From Chiloscyllium plagiosum (lineage: Eukaryota), in NCBI RefSeq assembly GCF_004010195.1, contig NC_057719.1:81702850-81766849 (forward strand): a DNA stretch of 64,000 nt. Direction: 5' to 3'. The translations under genes were made by a program, and so were the position numbers. Under the pieces are notes generated by a model. The model saw nothing but the letters and a program-made list of their open reading frames with translations, ran no database searches and was not told the origin of the DNA. Positions 50,860 through 61,537 of this stretch are shown here, piece by piece. The number at the start of each line of letters is the position of its first letter. Position 1 is the stretch's first letter.

Positions 50860-52830
50860 CCTGCTATTCCTAAAGTCATCACAAAAATTATAGATTTTAA
50901 ACTAAGTATAAAATATTCCCCAAATTACCGAGTTTCTCTTTTGACACAAATTAGTATTTCTACTGATGCTGGTTTAGTTCCTCAGAGAAATACTTCACTG
51001 ACCTCTCTATTCCCGACTTCTCATCTTGCTAGAAGAGTGTACCTACCCCCCAAGTCACTCACATCAATCACCACTTTTAAAATGATCTGGAAAAATAGGG
51101 TCAACTAACACTGGTACATTTATTTAGACTGCCTTCAGCTTCTCAAAAGCTGCTTGGCATTCTGCTGACCAGGCCCCTTGCTTGTTTACAAACTGGTTAA
51201 AGGCTAAACAGTGACCGCACTGAAACTACATACAAATTTCTGATAAAAATCCACACATTTCTAAAAACTTCCTGATTTTTCATTTAGGTTTAGGAACCAG
51301 GAGTTGGATTAGAGCCTTTACTTCCTTGGCAACACTTGTGTCCGATGCTCTTCCCATGTGTTGCTATATACTACATTATTATGTCATTTAATTAGCTAGT
51401 TTTGAACCTCAGTTACAACTCAATTTATAAGCCTTTGCAAAGTAGCTGGGTGTCCTCTAACACAAATGGCATCATTCGACATTGGTGCAACCCATTTGGT
51501 GTTACAAAAACAATAATTTCTTTAGCCCTTTCGCTTGTCGCTTGGCATTTGCTTGTCGCACTTCAATAGATCAATTCTGGAAAGGAACTAACTCTAGTAA
51601 TACAATCTTCTAACCATGGATTTTGGTATGAATCTGTTTTTGTGACTACATTTACCTTTCTACAACAATGCAAAGTCTAGTTGATCCTTCCAGTTTTAGA
51701 ACTAATACTATTGGTAAACTTCAGTTCCTTTGACTGGGTTTAAGCATGTACTAAACCTCTGTTTCCACCTGACCTTGTTTTCTCATCTCAACCATTAAAG
51801 GTACCATTGTATTGGTCGGAAATCTCCTACAGCCACATCCTGTTCAGCTTGTAATTCACCCAGGTAAATCTTTATAGATGACCTCATACTTCATCAGTAA
51901 TCTTACAAGATCCTCCTGTTGTCCTTTCTCTAAATAAGAGAACACAGTGTTTAAGTGTCCCAGTATTCTGTTAGCAAGTCAAACTGGAGGAGAACTATCT
52001 CCTTCTTTCGCATCTCTCTCATTATTTTCTACCACTCTTACAACCTGACATTTGTTCCTCCTTACCCTGTTCGCTATAATCATACCTTTTCAGCATGTTT
52101 ATGTTGCATGACTGACTCTTCTTTCGACATCAGGATTATTTTTCAGGTAAATCACTTTACTAATGCTCCTACTACTTTGTATGAACCTCTCAATTTAACT
52201 TTCAGAGCTTCACCCTGTAAAGGCAACAATTCCAATACTTCATCTCCCATTTGGAATTTTCTAGTTGTGAAATGTTTATCTGCCCAATCTTTAATTTAAC
52301 TTTTTTCAATGTGAAATTTTCTAATGCTCTTTTGCCACTTACATGCTCCTGTGGGTCTTCCTCGATAAACTGATACATAATCCAACATTGAGGATTCCTC
52401 TTTCTCATTTAAGAAGTGCTCCCTAATCAGTTTCAATGGATGTCTAATCTCATGACCAAAAACCAATTCAAATAGGCTAAATCCAGATCTTGATGAAGGG
52501 GTCTTTCCCGAAACTTTGATTTTCTTGCTCCTCGGATGCTGCCTGAGCTGCTGTGCTTTTCCAGCACCACTCTAATCTTGACTCTAATCTGCAGCCCTCA
52601 CTTTCTCCAAAATCCAGTAGATCTCTGGGAGTAAATAGTAAGAAGTCTAATCCTTTATCCCAATCCTTCTTCATATTTGTGACAGTATGCCTTAATCAAG
52701 GTGTAGAAAGTCTGATGGTACCTTTCCACCTGTGTTTATGGTTAATATGTGTCAACTTCAAATGTTCCATATCTAAACTTCTAATGATTTCCTAACCCAA
52801 AGTAAATCCCAATTACTCCGAATTACGCAT
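50860..52830 (-). mobile_element. Decayed Gmr1-like Ty3/Gypsy pol (integrase upstream of RT)
   Basis: IN: KDWDKGLDFLL (about 52640-52670) and TRKFQMGDEVLELLPLQGEALKVKLRGSY (about 52180-52265); then RT: PIVLVLKLEGSTRLCI/KVNVVTKTDSY (about 51630-51715) and ERAKEIIVFVTPNGLHQCRMMPF (about 51460-51530). Confidence 0.8.
52488..52607 (+). mobile_element. Decayed PLE end inserted in the Gypsy integrase
   Basis: TTGATGAAGGGG..CCCGAAAC hammerhead remnant and tail; AAATCCAG on both sides. Confidence 0.7.
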
Positions 52831-53718
52831 AATCGGGACCTGGGAATGAAGATACTGTCCCTTACCTATGCAATTAGCTCTGTGCTCATCTCGTCTTTTT
52901 CAGTCAGAGTCATTCACAAATCTGATATTAATGTGTAGATACCCTGCACTGCAGTGTTAAAACTGTGTCACAGACAAAGTCAGAGCTGGTGCCTTATGAG
53001 ACACATCCCTATAAGTTTTGGAGATGACAAAATAGAGGTGTTAGATGGTGGAAGCATACAATCTGGACATTGAAGAATAATGGCTGGAAACAGGGAAGGA
53101 TTCACTGCCAGCCAATGAAATAGAAGAGACCCAAATAATGTTAAGGATGAATGGCTAACACATTTGTATGAAATTCCTTCACTTTGCTAACACATTTTGT
53201 GAACTGATTAGTCAAGAACAAAATTGACTAATAATAGAAAATAGGAAGTTCATGCTTTAAAAATTATATCAATTAACTAATTGCCTTTCAGTTCTGCATC
53301 TCTGCATGCGTATTCTTAATGTTGCAATCCTGTAGTTAATTATTAAAATCCAATAATCCTTTCATCAGCCTTTCCCAGAAACATTCTTAATTCTGGCACA
53401 AAGTTTGAAAGTCACAGATCATCGGTTATTTAATCTAAAGAGCTTTTTCAAATAGTGGAAAATTTCCACTCTATTTGCTGTGGAAAGCAATGCAGCATCC
53501 TCTCGGGACTTTGTACCATGTGACTTCTCAGCTAGAGCACAGTGTATGCGCATTATCAACATTTACAAATATGTTTCATATTACCAACGCTAATTTTGGT
53601 TTCAGTAAAAATAATTCAATGGCACTATTTTGAAGAGCAGGGGGTTCAGTTCTTTGAGATCCTGCTCCTGGTAAGGAGCAAAGATCTTTGTGTCTACAAT
53701 ATCATATGGTTGACAGTC

Positions 53719-54185
53719 TGTTTTAAAAAATTCTCAAGGTCAGGTTCGTAGGAGAGTAGTCTGACACAGAACAAACGACCAAGAGGCGAGTCTGCTAGAA
53801 TATGGGCATTTTATTCCCCGCAGCGTCGCCACAACCAGGTTTCATACAACGGGTCTGGCTTATACTCACTCTACATGTTACCGGAACTGGGAGCCGTCAG
53901 TTCTCGTAGAGCGGTTGCCAACAACCCACGCTCGGCGGTTAAACGTAACCCCGGAGCAGACTCACCGAACTGGAGACTTTTCCAGCTGATATACTCTTTT
54001 CCAGATATAAACATTCATGTGAACAGCAGAGCAAGGCTAAAAAACACATTCCATTCTGGTTACATACAGATAAGAAGATTCACACGGGGAGGTGTGTAAT
54101 AAGATTCACACGGGACTAAGCAACACCTCCATTCCGGTTAGATTCACACATGTATTGGGACATAATTTTTAACCGTTTCACCACA
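53719..54185 (-). mobile_element. Solo LTR (467 bp), TSD CAGTC
   Basis: TG..CA ends; CAGTC at 53714-53718 and 54186-54190. Confidence 0.9.
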
Positions 54186-54214
54186 CAGTCCATAGTTATC
54201 AACAGCATCCTTAT

Positions 54215-54590
54215 CTCGGAGTCAGAAAATGATGGGGTCTAGCTCCATTCCAGAGACGACAGTGCTGAGTGAATGCTACACTGCTTGAAGTGCTGTCACG
54301 AGTTGTTAAACAAGGCTCTGTCAGTCCTTTTAGATGGATGCCAAGATATTACAATGCCATCAGACACAGCAGGAAAGCTATGCTCGATGATCTTGCCAAT
54401 TTTGAACCAACATCAACCATCAAGCAACCAATATCATTGAAACAGCTGATCTGAGAACTTAGTGCTCAGATTGATGACTGTTTTCCCTGCATTACAATAG
54501 TGACTAGACTTCAAAATCATTGCATTGTCTATAAAGTGCTCTAAGGTATCCTAACGTTGTAGGAGTTGCTTTAGAAATACAAGTGTTTAT
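54215..54590 (+). mobile_element. Deu-domain SINE remnant
   Basis: GAGTCAGAA..., GTTAAACAAGGCTCTGTC, CATTACAATAGTGACTAGACTTCAAAA, TAAAGTGCT. Confidence 0.6.
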
Positions 54591-55779
54591 TTTCTTCACT
54601 AGAAACAAGTCTTACTTTCTTTCTCCTTTCGGATACTATTTTTAATGAAAGTGAGAGAGAAAAATAGTGAACTAATGCTCCATCTATCCAGCAGGCAGGT
54701 AGAGCATTAGATTAATGTCTGAAAGATGACAGCACAGCACTGTTTCACTACTACACTGGAATATCAGCTTGGAATTTTGTGCTCAAGACAGGGAAGTTGG
54801 ATGGTTATGGTCTGTTACTGACATCATCCTTTTATCCTCTTTTACATTGTACCTTCTACTTTTCCTTTTTTTTCAAATATATTAATATAAAGAACAAAAT
54901 TGTTTCAACATTCATTCAATTTTCCTCCTTTATACAGTCGATTCTCCTCGTCAAAAGTTCCTGCTTAACTCTCCCATGCCCTTCTTGACGTATAAGGTGC
55001 CTTGCTTTGAAAAGGCTAATGCTTCTGAGTGCATAAGTACAACCCAACATGATAATATCATGCAGAGTTGGGTGGGAGAATAACTCTGGTTCTCAAAGGA
55101 GATTCATCTGTCTTCTCAGCCTCCTCATAATCCTAGTAACTATATTTATCAGAGTAGTATAAATTGTACCCAGTTGTTTGTCTGCAATAATAAAGCATCT
55201 TGATGAAGACAAAAGCCTTTTCTTAAACTACCCAGTGGGTAAGATCATCAATAGAAATTCAGGAATCAAAGGGATCGCTGTGTACAGTTACAGAACTATG
55301 GCCATGTATGGATATTGGTAACAAAGACCTAACAGCCTTAGCAAGAACTGAAGGAGAAATTGAGGGTCAAAACAGAAGAGAACAAAGAGAAAGTTGATGG
55401 GTGGATAGCTTTCAGAAGTGGACTCAAAAAGACTGGAAGAAAGCCAGAGTTGCAGCAAGATAATGCTAATTATCAGACTAGGATGACAACAAATGAATGA
55501 TGGAAAATGCCACTGATATTTCCACCGAGTATCACTTGGTTGATACTTATTCAGCAACAATCAAGATCTCAGTTTGAGTTTGACGAAGATCACTTTTCAC
55601 CAGACCTCAATACAACATTGATCTAAACATGAAGAAAAGCTGTTGTTCATGAACAAGAGGTGAAGTGAGAGTGACTATCCCTGGCAATTAGAAAGCATTT
55701 AACTGAGTATGGAATCAAGACCACCTAGATAAACTGGGTTCATGGGAATTGGGGGTGGGGGGGGAGTTCTCCCCTGGTT

Positions 55780-58700
55780 AGAGCCCTGTTTAAGGAAGAA
55801 GGTTGTAATAAGACTTCCTTGCTCCTACTTTCTATACCACAGCTATTAATGGCAAGCATCCAGAATATATTTTTCATCACCCTGTCTACCTGTGCTGACA
55901 TTTTCAGGGATCTAAGGATTTGTACACTTCCTAGGGACCTACCATTCATTATGTATATCCTTCCTTTTAAAACTTTCAAAAACACATCACCTTGAATTTA
56001 CTGGGATTAAACTCCATGTGCTATTGCTCTGCCCATTTTACCAATTGATCAAAATCAGACTATAGCATGAGACCATCTGCAAACTTACTAATTATACCTT
56101 CTCCATTTACATCCAAGTTGTTAATGTAAATAGCAAACAGCAAGGGCCCAAGCACCAAACACTGTGGTACACTGCTGGTCACAAGCTTCCAATCACCAAA
56201 ATAACCCTCCACCATTACGCTTTGCCTCATATTTGTCAGCCAATTTTGATTCAGTTTTCCAATTTGATTGGATACCATGGGCTCTTATCTTCTGGACCAG
56301 CCTTCCATATGGGACCTCGTCAAAGGCTTTACTGAAGTCCACGTAAACCACATCAACTGCACTATCCTCATCAATATATTTAGGCCAGTTTTTCAAAAAA
56401 CTCAATTGATTTAATCTGACAGGATCTTCCTCTGACAAATCCAAATATCTCTGATCAATCCCTGCCTTTCCAAGCATTAAGTAATCCTGTCCTTCAGAAC
56501 TTTTTCAATAATTTCTTTATCAATGACATCAGACTAACTGGTCTGCAATTACCTGGCCTATCCTTGATACCCTTCTTGAATAAAGGAACCAAATTAGCTA
56601 TCGTCCAGTCAGCTGGCATTTCACCTGTGGCAGCAAAGTATTAAATATCTCCACCAGGGCCCCAGCAATCTCTTGTCTCCCAAAGTAGCCTGGGACACAT
56701 CTCATCAGGCCCTGGGGATTTAGGCACCTATATGCCCAGTAAAACATTTAATAGCCCCTCCTTATTAATTTTATTGTGTTCTGGAATCTCACAGCCCAAG
56801 TGAAATCTCTGGCTTCTTTCTCCTTTGTGAATATAGATGAGTGGTATTTATTTAAAACCTCACCTATGTCCACTGGCTCCACGCACAGATTACCCCTTTG
56901 GTTTCTCATCTCCCACCCTTTCTCTGATAATCCTCTTATCTTGTGGCCCCTCTTTGCCTTCCTAACTTCCTTTCAAAGCAACCCACAGTCCTCTCTGTAC
57001 TTTTGAAAGGGGTCCCCTGTTTTTAATGTGCTGTCCCTGGCACGTGTCCTTCTTTGTCTTGACAAAACCCTCCATTATCCCTAAACATCCAGGGTTCCCT
57101 GGACCTGCTGCCCTTGCCATTCACTCGCTGGCTCTGAATTCTCACTATACTATTTTTGAACGACTCCCATTCTCCAGATATAGACTTACATGCAAGTCAC
57201 TGCTCCCAGTCTATGTTTGCCAGATCCTAAAGATATTGAAAGCGGCCTTCTGTGAATTTAGACACTTAATTTCTGCATTATTCTTTATCCCTTTCCATAA
57301 TGACTTTGAAACTCACAGAGGTATGATCACTTTCTACAAAACTGTTCACCCTCTGAAATTTCAATCATTTGACCAGCTTCATTCCTTATGATTAGGTTGA
57401 GCACTGCCCCATCTCTAGTCGGACTTATGTATTGGTACAAAAATGTCTTCTGAATGCACATAAAAATTCCACCCCATCCAATCCTTCCACACTAAGGTGA
57501 CCCTATTTAATGCTAGGGCAGTTGAAGTCTCCTACAGCTATAACCATGTTTCTCTAACACCTTTCTGTGATTTGTTTACATACATGCTCCTCTATCTCTT
57601 GGTGACTGTTGGGAGGCCGGTAATATAATCCCAGCAAGTTTTAAGTTCTACCCAGTTGACCTCATTTGAAGATCCTTTTATGATGTCCTCCCTCATTACT
57701 GCAGTGATAGTTTCTTTATTCAATAATGCAACATCCCCATCTCTCTTACTACCCATCCCAGCCCACCCGAATATTCAGCGCTGTCCTTCTTTCAGCCATA
57801 TCTCAGCAATTCCCATATGACATTCATTGCTCTAAGTTCATCCACCTTATCAGTCGAGTTCCTTCCATTAAAATTGATACACGATAGCTTTCCAGACCTC
57901 CAAATGTCTTATGTCTTCTCCACCTGCTGGACTGTCCTAGCATTCCTTCTAAATCTGATTGGAACTTGCTTCCAACTTTACATCTGCTCTGTGTCCTATC
58001 CCCCTGCCAAATCAGTTTGAAGATACTCCCATCAGGACGAGCAGAGATATTCGACCCATTCTGTTTCAGATGCAACCCATCCAGCTTGTACAAATCCCAG
58101 CTACCTCAGAAGCTTCTCAACAATCCAAAAATCTAAAGCCTTTCCTCCTACACTATCACTTTATCCACACATTCATCTGACCTACCTTCCTATTCCTATA
58201 CTGAATAGTGCATGGCCCTAGAGGTAATCTGGAGATTACAATTTTAGTAGTCTTCCTCTTTAATCTACTACCTAACTCTCTCAATTCCTGTTTCAGGAGC
58301 ACTTTAGGATAGTCAGTGTGGCGTTGTGCGTGGGAAGTGGAGTCTCATTAACTTGATTGAGATTTTTGAAGAGGTGACAAATAAGATTGATGAAAGCAAA
58401 GCAGTAGATGTTGTCTATATGGACTTTAGCAAAGTCTTCGACAAGATTCCGCATCGTAGACTAGTTGGTAAGGTTGGATTACATGGGATCCAGGGAGAGC
58501 TAAACAATTGGATACAAACTTGGCTTGAAGGTAGGAAACAGGTGGTGTTGATAGAGGGTTGCTTTTGGACGACAGGCCTGTGACCAGCAGTGTGCCAGAA
58601 GGATCGATGCTAGATCCACAGCTTTTTGTCATTTATATAAATTATTTGGCTATGAATATAGAAGGCATGGTTAGTAAGTTTACAGATAATACCAGAATAG

Positions 58701-60250
58701 GAAGTATAGTGGACAATGAAGAATGTTATCTCAGAGTACAACGGGACCTTGATCTAATGGGCCGAGGAGTGGCAATGGAGTTTAATTTAGATAAATGGGA
58801 GATGTTGTATTTTGGTAAGGCAAACCAGGGCAGGTCTTATACAGTTAATGGTAGGGTTCTGGGGAATGTTACTGAACAAAGAGATCTATGGGGTGCAGGT
58901 GCATAAATTCTTGAAAGTGGAGTCGCAGGTAGACAAGGTAGTGAAGAAGGCATTTGGCATGCATGCCTTCATTGGTCAGAACATTGGGTATAGGAGTTAG
59001 GACATCATGTTGCAGATGTAAAGGACAATGGTGAAGCCACTTTTATAATATTGCATACAATTCTGGTCGCCCTTCTTTAGAAAGGATGTTGTTAAACTTG
59101 AGACAGTGCAGGAAAGATTTACAAGGATTTTGCTGGGACTGGAGGGTTTGAGTTAGAGGGAAAGGCTCAATAGGCTGGGACTTTTTCTCCTGGAGCATTG
59201 GAAGCTGAGGGGTGACCTTACAGACGTTAATAAAATCATGTGGGATATGAATAGAGTAGATAGGCAAAGTCTTTTTCCCAGGGTAGGGGAATCCAAAACT
59301 GGAGGGCATAGGTTCGAGGTGAGAGAGGAAAGACATTTAAAAAAGACCAAAAAGTAACATTTTTACACAGAGATTGGGTGGGTGAGTGTATGTAATGAGC
59401 TGCCAGAGGAAGTGGTGGAACCTGGTACAATTACAATATTTAAAAGGCATCTGGATGGGTATATGAATAGGAAGGGTTTAGAGGAGTATAGGCCAAATGC
59501 TGACAAATGGGACTAGGTTAGAGTGGAATGTCTGGAGGGCATAGACAAGTTGGCCGGAAGGGTCTATTCTGTGCTGCACGACTCTATGATGTCATTTTTT
59601 TTTACCCATGTCGTTGATACTGACATGTATAATAGGTGCTGGCTGTTCACCCACCCCCTTCAGAATGCCCTGTGCCACACTGAGACATCCCTGACCCTGG
59701 CACTAGGGAGACAACAGAGAAAGTCTCGTTTTCTGTCGCAGGATCACCTGCCAGTTCTCCTTCCAATCAAGTTCCCTGTCACTAAAACTCTCCCTGTCTT
59801 TTTCCTCCCCTGTGCGCAACCATGGTGCCACCAACTTAGTTGCTGCTGCTTTTCCCTGAGAGGCCATCCCCACCCCTCCACTACAGTATCCAACATAGTA
59901 AAGGGGAATGGCCACAGGGGACTCTTGCACTGCCTGTCCATTTTTACTAGTCTCCCTGGTGGTCACCCAATGCTTTTCAGTCTGTGTAGCCCTTACTGAT
60001 GATGTGACCAGCTCACTAAACAAGCTATTTGTGGCTCTTTAGCATCACAATGCCCATGGTGAGTCAGTCTGTAATTCCAGCCACTCCATGTGACACTTCT
60101 TGTGAACATGGTCATCACGGACACTGAAATTGTCCCTGATTTCCCACATTTTCCCACATCCACAGGGCTCAATTCCTTACCAACCACAAACAATAAGCTA
60201 GAAACCAAATACTGAATTTTAACCACTACTCACCAAAGCAGATCTCTCTC
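55780..60250 (-). mobile_element. Near full-length decayed CR1 LINE (SGNH-esterase ORF1, APE, RT) split by a younger CR1
   Basis: ORF1: VTGNLIGRRTGR..CCLPSARVRDVS..GEQPAPIIHVSINDMG (59600-59800), continuing LKQELRELGSRLKRKTTKIVIS and YKLDGLHL (58060-58280); RT: VDVVYVDFSKAFDEVPY, LGPLLFAIYINNLD, ISKFAD (56070-56380). Confidence 0.85.
58300..59588 (+). mobile_element. HER1/CR1 LINE 3' fragment nested antisense in the older CR1
   Basis: VDVVYMDFSKVFDKIPH, VSKFTDNT; tail GACTCTATGAT. Confidence 0.88.
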
Positions 60251-61308
60251 TCTCTGTCTCTATTCCTAATAATCTACAAACTGTAAAAATAAGGACTTTA
60301 CACACTGTCTCCTGTGTGATCTTAGTCTCTAAAGCTAGTTCCTAAGCAGCCAATCCTCTTGCCTTATGTCACTTTTTGAATCTTATCACTTACTCAGGAA
60401 CTCTGTGTGTTCAACCTCTGTTCACCCCCAGGTTCACTCCGCGCTCTCTCCCTCATTCACTCCCTTCCCCTCAGATTCACTTCTCTCCCTCATTCCCGCA
60501 GGTTCACTCCTCTCAATACTGCTCCAATTAAGCTCCTTTAACTGAATGGCTTGCTAAGCTATTTCAGAGAGCAGTTATAGGTCATCAACATTGATGTAGG
60601 CCACATCAGGCAGAGACAACAGAAGTCCTTTCCTAAAACATATCAGTAAACCAAATGGGTTTTGATGATATTTCCATGGCACTATTTCTGAGATTGGTGT
60701 TCAATCCCAGATTTAATTTTGCCTCGATAGTGCAGCTCCAACAACAGTGAAGAAGCTCAACACTAACCAGGACAAAGTTAGACCACCACTCCATTCACCA
60801 TCTTAGTGTTCACTCTCTCCACCACAACTACCATGTACAAAGATGCACTGCAGCAACTCACATTGACAGCATCTTCCAAACTCATGACCATTTCCACTTA
60901 GAAGGATAAGGGCAGCAGAGAGTTGGGAATGCAAGTTCCGCTCTATATTACTCACTATCCTGACTTGGAAATGTTTCAATGCTCCTTCCAGGGTGTGGGG
61001 TGTGGGGGGGTTCAAATCTTGAAATCCCCTTCTTAACAGCACTCTGAGCATACCCACATCACACAATCTCCAACAGTTGAAAAGGCAATTCACAACCATC
61101 AGTGACACATACATCCCGTTGTTCAACACACAAACTGATATGTCTGAATCACTGCCTGTCACATACAGCGAGATCTCTCAGTACTGCCTGTCTGACACTG
61201 CAGGACCTCCAAATCACTGTCGGTCACACACACAGTTTGCCATCACCTCAGTTCTACCAAATGAACAAGATGGAGATCTATTTGGTCCCATGCATCATGC
61301 ATATTATG

Positions 61309-61537
61309 GCTGAAAATGTGTTGCTGGAAAAGCGCAGCAGGTCAGGCAGCATCCAAGGAACAGGAAAATCGAAGTTTCGGGCATAAGCCCTTCTTCAGCC
61401 CTGAAGAAGGGCTTATGCCCGAAACTTCGATTCTCCTGTTCCTTGGATGCTGCCTGACCTGCTGCACTTTTCCAACAACACTTTTCAGCTCTGATCTCCA
61501 GCATCTGCAGCTCTGATCTCCAGCATCTGCAGTCCTC
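61309..61537 (+). mobile_element. Short PLE insertion, near-perfect palindrome, 16-bp TSD
   Basis: TSD CATCATGCATATTATG at 61293-61308 and 61538-61553; about 90-bp arms with a 2-nt spacer (61399-61400); hammerhead motifs at 61371-61398 (-) and 61401-61428 (+). Confidence 0.9.

Noticed and set aside
49164..54185. Complete LTR retrotransposon (LTR, Gypsy pol, LTR)
   Set aside because: Each LTR has its own TSD and the outer flanks (ACCAG versus CAGTC) do not match. The pol relic is far more decayed than the roughly 99% identical LTRs, and unrelated LINE debris lies between them.
54915..55083. Exon-like segment (strong + acceptor; also an open - frame SISLFKARHLIRQ...)
   Set aside because: Equally plausible on both strands, with no homolog and no convincing donor.
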